Shown: in pieces, positions 42,842 through 49,338 of the stretch
How positions within the stretch are numbered: position 1 is the first letter of the stretch
Layout of the letters: each line of letters opens with the position of its first letter
NCBI GenBank assembly: GCA_947305505.1
Contig: CAMZDX010000002.1
Coordinates: 1 to 49,338 of the forward strand
Reading direction: 5' to 3'
Source: an uncultured bacterium
GTDB taxonomy: Bacteria > UBP6 > UBA1177
Length of the DNA: 49,338 bases
Program-made: the position numbers and the translations under genes
Notes under the pieces: model-generated
What the model was told of the DNA's origin: nothing
Database searches by the model: none
What the model saw: only the letters and a program-made list of their open reading frames with translations

Positions 42842-43320
42842 TACTTTTCTCCATTCCAAACTTCATTTATTTTTCTGACGAATCCTTTTGCTATCTTAAG
42901 TTCCGTTCCGTCTTCGGCGCGGACGACGAATTCTTCTTTGTCGTCATCGACCGAAACAAGCTCACCCGTAAAGCGTTTTCTTCCCTCTACAAGTTCCGAA
43001 AGCTTGATTTTAAGCGTTTTTCCGATCTCGTCGCGGAGATCATCCCACCTTCTTACCGGTCTGTCGAGACCCGGCGAGCTCACTTCGAGGTAATAGCGGA
43101 AAGGAAAAGGATCCTCCGCATCGAGAAAATCGCTCACAATAGGACTGAATCTGCCGCACTCATCAAGCGAAATGCGCGTCTCAGGCGAAAGCGTGTCCAA
43201 ATAAACTCTGAAAACGCCGTTCTGCCCGGTCGGGAGATCCAGCTCCACGATTTTGAAGCCCATTTTGTTTGCCAACGGCTCCAATTTTAAAAAAATATCC
43301 TTAGCTCTGCCACTCCACAT
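42841..43320 (-). CDS. rimP: Ribosome maturation factor RimP
   Basis: LEVSSPGLDRPV motif. Position upstream of nusA. Start moved to MWSGRAKD (GAGG RBS). Confidence 0.85.
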   Translation of the reverse strand: MWSGRAKDIFLKLEPLANKMGFKIVELDLPTGQNGVFRVYLDTLSPETRISLDECGRFSPIVSDFLDAEDPFPFRYYLEVSSPGLDRPVRRWDDLRDEIGKTLKIKLSELVEGRKRFTGELVSVDDDKEEFVVRAEDGTELKIAKGFVRKINEVWNGEK

Positions 43321-43502
43321 CTTAACAACCTCACTCTTTGGATTAAAACCTGCGAAAACGTATGCAGAGAAATGAGACAAAAGAACCTCACGCGGCTATT
43401 TACCATCAAATTTATAAAAATCAAAAAAATTTTGTTAAAAAAGGAGGAACAACAATACAGATCGTCGGTAAAAGGAAGTTTTAGAATTGAAAATGAAAAA
43501 TA

Positions 43503-45269
43503 TTAGTGAGCCAGGGACTTTGCTATATCGACTATTTCGGTGAATTCACCGCGATATCCGAATTTGTCTTCACCGATATTCGCAGCAGCACGCTCCAAAA
43601 CAGCGTCATAGCTTGCATCTGCCTTGAATTTGGAATCTCTGAGCAACATTCCGAACTCTGCAACTGCCGAAGCAAAGCCCATATTCTGACTCATTTCAGA
43701 TTTAACATCAGCCGAAGTCATGAAAGTGTCCATATACTTGCTGATATCTTCCTCAGGCTCTTTGTAACGCATTTTGAGAAGGAGAAAATCGTCTGCGCCG
43801 AATTCGACCTCAGGCTCTGCATCAGGCTGTTCGCCGCCTTCACTCTCACCTGAATCTCCGCCTTCTTCAGTATCACTCTCTGTTTCGGCAGGTTTTTCAG
43901 TAAGAACAACTTCATAGAACGCCGTGACTCTGTGTCCCGCTCCGATCTCACCTGCATCTTTGGTGTCGTCGTTGAAATCCTGATTGTTCATAACGCGGTT
44001 TTCATAGCCGACAAGGCGGTATTTCGCAATTTTTGCAGAGTTGAAAACGACCTGAAGTTTTACGTCTTTTGCAATTACAAACATCGTTCCCATGAGGTCG
44101 AACGTGAATATTTTTTCGGCCTCTCTTTCACCGTCGACATAGTAGTAGTTTCCGTTGCCGGCGTTGGAAAGCTGTTCCATTTTGTCGTCCTGATAGTTGC
44201 CCATGCCAAAACCGAGGATCGTGAGGAAAATTCCTTTGTTTCTCTCGGTTTCGATATATGCAACGAGTTCTGACGTACTTGTCATTCCGACATTGAAATC
44301 ACCGTCCGTAGCAAGAATTATTCTGTTGTTTGCATCTGAACTGTAGTTCTTTTCAGCAATTGCATAAGCCTTCTGCAGACCGTCGCCGCCGGATGTCGCG
44401 CCGGAAGCTACCAGAGAATCTATCGCGGCATTTATTTCATCTTTGTTGTCGCCGCTTACTGAATCGAGAACGACTTTTACACCGCTTGCATAAGTTACGA
44501 TCGAAATTTTGTCCTCTTCTTCAAGCTTTTCTACAAGTTTTTTGAACGATTTTTTAAGAAGCGGAAGCTTGTTGGTCGATGACATGGAACCTGAAACGTC
44601 AATGAGGAAAACCAGATTGTTGGAAACTCTCTCGTTTACATCGATCATTCTGCCCTGAAGACCGAACATAACGAGTTTGGTATCCTTGTTCCATGGTGAA
44701 TCAGCCATTTCCATCGTTACCGAGAAGGGTTTTCCTTCTTCGGGCTGCGGATAGTCATAGTCGAAATAGTTTACCATTTCTTCGATTCTGACGATGTTTT
44801 TCGGCGGCATCTGGTGATAGTTCATTATATAGTTTCTGACCTGCGCATAACTTGCTGTATCGACGTCAATCGAGAAAGTTGAGGTGCTTTCCTTTGAAGT
44901 TTCTACCCATTCGTTTTCTACAAGGTCGCCCGGTTCAGGCTGTTCCTGCGGATCTTCCGTGTCCCACGCTCCATCGTCAGGTGATTCCCAGTCTTCGTAA
45001 TCAGTAGGATCAGCAGAGTTAGTAGGATCACCCGGCTCATAAGGAGCTCCTGTATCAGTATTGTCGTATTCCTCGTCATAACCCGGGTCGTAATTCTCGC
45101 TGTCACTGTTTTCGTAATAACCGGAATCTGACGTGTCGCCGGTGTCGTGACCGACTTCAGAAGAACCGTTGTCTTTTCCGCCTTCTCCGGCTGCATTGTC
45201 AGCACCGCCGCAAGCAGCAAAGAAAAGAAGAAAAACCATCAAAACCAATGAAATCACTGACCTTTTCAT
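43503..45269 (-). CDS. von Willebrand factor A domain lipoprotein (YfbK-like)
   Basis: Lipobox LLFFAAC. MIDAS motif DVSGSMS. Acidic low-complexity linker. Confidence 0.8.
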   Translation of the reverse strand: MKRSVISLVLMVFLLFFAACGGADNAAGEGGKDNGSSEVGHDTGDTSDSGYYENSDSENYDPGYDEEYDNTDTGAPYEPGDPTNSADPTDYEDWESPDDGAWDTEDPQEQPEPGDLVENEWVETSKESTSTFSIDVDTASYAQVRNYIMNYHQMPPKNIVRIEEMVNYFDYDYPQPEEGKPFSVTMEMADSPWNKDTKLVMFGLQGRMIDVNERVSNNLVFLIDVSGSMSSTNKLPLLKKSFKKLVEKLEEEDKISIVTYASGVKVVLDSVSGDNKDEINAAIDSLVASGATSGGDGLQKAYAIAEKNYSSDANNRIILATDGDFNVGMTSTSELVAYIETERNKGIFLTILGFGMGNYQDDKMEQLSNAGNGNYYYVDGEREAEKIFTFDLMGTMFVIAKDVKLQVVFNSAKIAKYRLVGYENRVMNNQDFNDDTKDAGEIGAGHRVTAFYEVVLTEKPAETESDTEEGGDSGESEGGEQPDAEPEVEFGADDFLLLKMRYKEPEEDISKYMDTFMTSADVKSEMSQNMGFASAVAEFGMLLRDSKFKADASYDAVLERAAANIGEDKFGYRGEFTEIVDIAKSLAH

Positions 45270-45370
45270 AAAAAGACCTCAACAAAAAAAGTTAATAACA
45301 ACTATTTAGTTCCGCAAAGAGCCGATTTTTCTGACTCAAAACCAAAAAAAATTAAAAAAAAACGATTTTT

Positions 45371-46408
45371 TTACAAACGGTCGAAAATTTTGATCTTCGA
45401 ATCGGTGTTTTCGATCTTGCTGTCCAGCTTTTCGCGGATCTGATCGTCCATTTTCAGAACGGCAAGCGCCTCAACATCGTCCGGAGCATATTTCAAAACT
45501 TTGTGATAGTAGATGTTTCTGTAGATAAGGTTATTTTCCTTGGCATATATATTCGCGATAATCTTGAATATTTTCACACAGTTGTTTATGTCGTTCATCT
45601 GTTTGTAGACAAAAGCCTGACGCTTGAGGAAATTGATGTTGTCGGGATCTTTAGCGATAAGTTTTTTCAGCAGAACCATAACGCTTTCATACTGCCCCAT
45701 CTCGATCCTGGCCTCGATCAGCTCGCCCAGGATGATGTCGTCGTCCTTTTTCATTGAATAGAGCATCAGAAGACAGGCTTCCAAATCTCTGACGTTGCTT
45801 ATTTCCCCTTTTTTGTGGCTTTCTCTGATCGATATCAATATTTTTTCTGCCTCGTCAGTCATGTTTTCACGGATCAGAATACTCGAAAGGTTGAGAAGAT
45901 CCCGTACCGTCGCCTTGTTCATCTCCTTTATCGTGTGGAGAAGATAGATTGCCGTCATTCTGTCGTTCTTTTTGATGTAATAATTGACGGCTGCGCGGTA
46001 TTTTTCGGCAGCATCCGAAAATTTGCCTTTTCTGATATCGATATCGGCACTGAACTTGTTCAAAATACCGTTGTCAGGTGCCACATTGAGTCCCATTTTG
46101 ACGTAACTTGCCGCAAGATCGAGGTGTTTTGCATCAAGTTCTCGCTGCGCCATACCCAGATAGACATCTACAGCCTTGTCGATTTTGTTTTTATAGCGGT
46201 AAAGTTCGGCAAGCTGAATATAATTTTCAACTTTATCGGGATTTTTTTCTATTTCGGAAAGAAGTTTTGAAGCCTTGGCGTCACCAACGATATCCGAAAT
46301 GTCGGTATTTGCCAGTTTGCCGATATTTTTCAGCGTCTCAGCCGAAAAAATCTCACCGACATCTTTCTTTAAAAAACTGACTATTTTATCGAAAACTTTC
46401 GATGCCAT
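45371..46408 (-). CDS. TPR-repeat protein
   Basis: Repeated A..Y..A...P.N-type helical pairs throughout. Start moved to MASKVF (GAGG RBS). Confidence 0.7.
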   Translation of the reverse strand: MASKVFDKIVSFLKKDVGEIFSAETLKNIGKLANTDISDIVGDAKASKLLSEIEKNPDKVENYIQLAELYRYKNKIDKAVDVYLGMAQRELDAKHLDLAASYVKMGLNVAPDNGILNKFSADIDIRKGKFSDAAEKYRAAVNYYIKKNDRMTAIYLLHTIKEMNKATVRDLLNLSSILIRENMTDEAEKILISIRESHKKGEISNVRDLEACLLMLYSMKKDDDIILGELIEARIEMGQYESVMVLLKKLIAKDPDNINFLKRQAFVYKQMNDINNCVKIFKIIANIYAKENNLIYRNIYYHKVLKYAPDDVEALAVLKMDDQIREKLDSKIENTDSKIKIFDRL

Positions 46409-46479
46409 AGAACCTCGAATCAACCAAAACGCGGTATAATATATTTTCGTGATTATAAGTCAATGATTACAGAAAAGAA

Positions 46480-47241
46480 TTACAGCTCGTCGAAGATGTC
46501 AGGTTCGTCCGGTTTCGGCATCTCGAAAAGCGATTCCGGAAGTTCGACCGAAGCATCCAGGTATTTGTTTTCAAAGATGAAAGCAGGTTTTCCGCGGCTC
46601 ACTCCGATCCAGCGTTTCGGTTTTTTAACGGCGTTTCTGTTTCCGGTTTTATTCTTTTTGCTTCTCCCTTTTCCATAGCCCGAAGTTTTCTTTTCAGAGA
46701 CAATGTAAAGGTCACCGCTCACGATCTCGACAACTTTTCCTTTTGCGATTTTATAGTAAATCCCGTTTTTTCTGCACAGTTTATCGCCGTTTCCAAGCTC
46801 GGCGCACTCTCCTTCAAAGCGGAATCTGCCGCCCAGCATCACCGAAAAAAGGTCACCGTCGACCGATGCATTGAAAAGCTGCTTTGAAATTTCGCTCCAC
46901 GGGCCGCTGTCCCAGATTCCTTCGTGAAAAATATTCGCCGTTTCGCCGTTTATTATCACCGTTGCGACCGAAATATTGAAAGGACCGGTAATTATCATCC
47001 GCCATTTTTCGGGATCAGACGAAAGAATCTGGTAATCGCCTGTGAATTTGCCCTTGAACTGCTCGACATCTATCCACATCGTGACGGCACCTTCGGCTGA
47101 AAATGCGGCGTTCTGCGGATTAAGCTCGAATTTTTCAGGCTTCCATGCGTAACTTCCCTTCTCATCTACCGTTTTCTGCGGCAGAGTCGAACAGGAAATA
47201 AGAAGAAAAAATGCGAAAAAGAATAAAAATAATTTTTTCAT
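46480..47241 (-). CDS. Lipoprotein (LolB/DUF4292-like, tentative)
   Basis: Start moved to MKKLFLFFFAFFLLISC (lipobox). Family guess rests only on size, lipobox and adjacency to the TPR gene. Confidence 0.6.
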   Translation of the reverse strand: MKKLFLFFFAFFLLISCSTLPQKTVDEKGSYAWKPEKFELNPQNAAFSAEGAVTMWIDVEQFKGKFTGDYQILSSDPEKWRMIITGPFNISVATVIINGETANIFHEGIWDSGPWSEISKQLFNASVDGDLFSVMLGGRFRFEGECAELGNGDKLCRKNGIYYKIAKGKVVEIVSGDLYIVSEKKTSGYGKGRSKKNKTGNRNAVKKPKRWIGVSRGKPAFIFENKYLDASVELPESLFEMPKPDEPDIFDEL

Positions 47242-47251
47242 GCACATCACG

Positions 47252-47629
47252 CTATTTGACGGCAATGCACTCTATTTCGACCATTGCGCCGAGCGGAAGT
47301 TTCACGACCTGAAAAGCGGCTCTTGCCGGGCACTCGGAAGTGAAGAATTTCGCATAAACTTCGTTCATATCCTTGAAATTGTTCATATCGCTTAAGAATA
47401 CCGTGGTTTTTACGACATTTTCATAGCCGCAGCCCGCAGCTTTGAGTATTTCACCGATATTTTTAAGCGACTGTTCAGTCTGTTCTTTGATGCCGCCTTC
47501 AACGAATTTGCCCGTTTTAACGTCAACCGGAAGCTGACCCGAAACATAAACCGTGCCGTTTGCCTCAACTGCCTGGCTGTAAGGACCAATAGCAGCCGGA
47601 GCGTTCGGTGAACTGATGATTTTTTTCAT
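47252..47629 (-). CDS. ridA: RidA/YjgF-family reactive-intermediate deaminase
   Basis: APAAIGPYSQA...VYVSGQLP...PARAAFQV..LP.GA.VEIE pattern. Confidence 0.9.
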   Translation of the reverse strand: MKKIISSPNAPAAIGPYSQAVEANGTVYVSGQLPVDVKTGKFVEGGIKEQTEQSLKNIGEILKAAGCGYENVVKTTVFLSDMNNFKDMNEVYAKFFTSECPARAAFQVVKLPLGAMVEIECIAVK

Positions 47630-47704
47630 TTTTCTCTCCTAAAAATAATTACAAAACACAAAAAAAAACGACCGATTATAGCGGCTTTAAAAATTTTTCA
47701 TACT

Positions 47705-48367
47705 TTACAGCCGATTTTTATCCGCCAGATCAAGAAGTTCGCGCGGTTCAGAAATAAGAATGTCTGCCCCCAGAGCGATCAGATCCTCTTTTCTGCCGAA
47801 GCCCCAGAGACAACCTACCGAAGTTATCCCTGCATTTTTTGCAGTCAGGATGTCGGCTTTCATGTCGCCGACATAAACGGTTTGGGAAAGCGGAACTTTA
47901 GTGATTTCAGATATTTCGAATATCCCGTCGGGAGCGGGTTTGAGCGGAATTCCAGGACGTTCGCCCAGGATCGCGTCGAAATGGAATTCTCCGAGAATGG
48001 TTTCGGCGTTTAGCAGTGCATATTTGTGTTCTTTGTTTGTGAGAATCGAGATCTTGACACCTCTTTCGACAAGCCCCGAAAGGGTTTCCCAGATCCCTTC
48101 AAAAGGCGGGATCGTGCCTACTCCTTCTTCATGGTAAAGGTCTAAAACTTCAGGCAGAAGGACCGGGATCACATCGTCAGGAGCCTCTTTCGGAAGCGCG
48201 CGCCGAAGCAGCATCCGCATTCCGTCACCGACGAAACCCTTGTATTCATCGATCGTATGCTCCGGAAAACCGTGTTTCTGCAAAATCCTGTTGTTTGTCC
48301 TTGAAATGATGTCGAGTGTGTCGAGAAGCGTTCCGTCCATATCGAAAATAACCGATTTCAGCTGCAT
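47705..48367 (-). CDS. HAD-superfamily hydrolase (phosphoglycolate phosphatase-like)
   Basis: FDMDGTLLDT motif I, LTNK motif II, GDMKADI motif IV. Confidence 0.85.
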   Translation of the reverse strand: MQLKSVIFDMDGTLLDTLDIISRTNNRILQKHGFPEHTIDEYKGFVGDGMRMLLRRALPKEAPDDVIPVLLPEVLDLYHEEGVGTIPPFEGIWETLSGLVERGVKISILTNKEHKYALLNAETILGEFHFDAILGERPGIPLKPAPDGIFEISEITKVPLSQTVYVGDMKADILTAKNAGITSVGCLWGFGRKEDLIALGADILISEPRELLDLADKNRL

Positions 48368-48396
48368 TTTTCCTCCGTCATCATAAAAAGCAGCGG

Positions 48397-48424
48397 ATTA
48401 TAGAGGTGAAACCTGACAATTCAA
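48397..48424 (-). promoter_or_regulatory. Putative sigma-70 promoter of the HAD gene (TTGAAT-N16-TATAAT)
   Basis: Read on the minus strand upstream of the ATG at 48367. Confidence 0.5.
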
Positions 48425-48494
48425 ATTTTATTCATCATACGCTCCAAATTGTTATTCCGAGCGGACGCAGCGGAAAGAAAGGTTCTTGGGATAG

Positions 48495-48554
48495 TAGGGA
48501 AACTAGGGAATTTAGGGAGTTTAGGGATTTTTTCCCTAGTTTCCCTAGATTCCC
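48495..48554. repeat. 9-bp repeat block A: four TAGGGANNT units followed by two inverted units (TTTCCCTAG)
   Basis: The units are tagggaaac, tagggaatt, tagggagtt, tagggattt, tttccctag and tttccctag. The block can fold as a hairpin and overlaps the stop of 48545..49114. Confidence 0.8.
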
Positions 48555-49114
48555 TTTTCCTGCTTTTCTTTTCGTTGTTGTGACCGCAGCCGGTACATTT
48601 GTTCGGTGAAACCGCCGTTTTTCTCGAAATTGTCGGCGAGTCGCTGCAACTGTCTGAATAGCAGATAATCAGCCTGTTTTATCAGGACAATACACATGTT
48701 TGCTATTGTTTCAGGCGGTCTGGTCTGAGCGATTTCCATAAAAAAATCAGGATCGCTGTGCGTCCGGCCGAGTTCACGCATTTTCAGAAGTTCAGGGGAT
48801 TTTTCCTCCCATTGCCTGTGGTTGCGGGTTTTAAGATAGTCTTCGTAGTCCTCAAGCAGTTCCTGAAGACTTGCTTTGGCGACATTCACGAGTTTTATTT
48901 CGGTTTTGGAACTTGTGATTCCGGCAGCACAACCTTCAATTATGTTCTGCTTTCCAGAACGTGCAGCCTGTATCATCTGGTCGCAGGTGCGGTCTCCTTT
49001 CTGCAGAAAATGTTCCACAAAATAGTATGTGAGACAGAAAATAACATCTGCTTTCCGGTATGAAATCAAATTCTTATAATCGCCCTTTTGTCGAATCAAC
49101 TTTTCATTTTCCAT
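48545..49114 (-). CDS. Four-helix-bundle protein (23S rRNA intervening-sequence protein family) with C-terminal extension
   Basis: YRKADVIFCLTYYF...DQMIQAARSGKQNIIEGC...KASLQELLEDYEDYL matches the family pattern. GAGG RBS. Confidence 0.7.
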   Translation of the reverse strand: MENEKLIRQKGDYKNLISYRKADVIFCLTYYFVEHFLQKGDRTCDQMIQAARSGKQNIIEGCAAGITSSKTEIKLVNVAKASLQELLEDYEDYLKTRNHRQWEEKSPELLKMRELGRTHSDPDFFMEIAQTRPPETIANMCIVLIKQADYLLFRQLQRLADNFEKNGGFTEQMYRLRSQQRKEKQEKGI

Positions 49115-49232
49115 TAGCAGCCTCGTTTTTGAGAATCAAAAAATCCACGTTTTATTTAATAAGACTTTAGGAAAAATCAACTTTTTATTAACCCCCCCTT
49201 ACAGGCTCACAATTCTACTAAAACCAAATTAA

Positions 49233-49292
49233 ATTCCCTAAATTCCCTAGATTCCCTAGACACCTTAGACTCCCTAGATTCCTTAGACTCCC
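49233..49292. repeat. 9-bp repeat block B: about seven tandem NNTCCCTAG-type units
   Basis: Sequence is attccctaa attccctag attccctag acaccttag actccctag attccttag actccc. Inverted relative to the first four units of block A. Confidence 0.8.
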
Positions 49293-49338
49293 TTCTTCAA
49301 CAGCCGGGTAAAACCTGAGCGCTCATTTCCGGTTGCTG

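Noticed and set aside
48495-48554. TTTAGGG / TTAGGG strings as telomere-like repeats.
   Set aside because: The period is 9 bp, not 6-7 bp. The units are mixed in orientation. They lie inside a bacterial chromosome, flanking a single gene.

Overview
Bacterial chromosomal segment, almost entirely minus-strand coding.

Core genes:
- Left edge: partial nadD and an ABC ATPase.
- Middle: ssrA (tmRNA), nrdDG and a Fic gene.
- From 34.8 kb: rpmB, a class A PBP, the rimP-nusA-ylxR/L7Ae-infB-rbfA operon, a vWA lipoprotein, a TPR protein, a lipoprotein, ridA, a HAD phosphatase and a four-helix-bundle gene.

Two kinds of accessory DNA lie between them.

(1) 1.2-20.5 kb. Three runs of small, mostly membrane-protein genes come from at least seven paralogous families (LRAT/NlpC-P60-like, DUF4230-like, Gly-zipper and several unnamed). 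Each run is headed by ssrA or by one of two 112/113-nt tmRNA-derived RNAs that keep only the tRNA-like domain. Most gene or operon starts are preceded by the same fixed-spacing bipartite motif, YCGGAAAAA-N14-CTTTAAGA. This motif differs from the TTGnnn/TATAAT promoters readable upstream of core genes. No integrase, transposase or phage gene is visible.

(2) 20.7-34.6 kb, a defence-type island containing:
- a plus-strand three-gene operon (TM-TPR-Ig-P-loop NTPase; P-loop NTPase with Swt1-like HEPN; DUF3800-like plus TPR);
- a Csx1-type CARF-HEPN gene;
- a 4-repeat CRISPR array fused to an 81-codon cmr1 stump;
- an operon resembling a CalpL/CalpT/CalpS signalling module, but built on a Lon-CARF fusion with an extra MazF-like protein.

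No cas10, cas6 or cas1/cas2 is in the window. All family assignments come from reading motifs in the translated ORFs. None has been checked by a database search.
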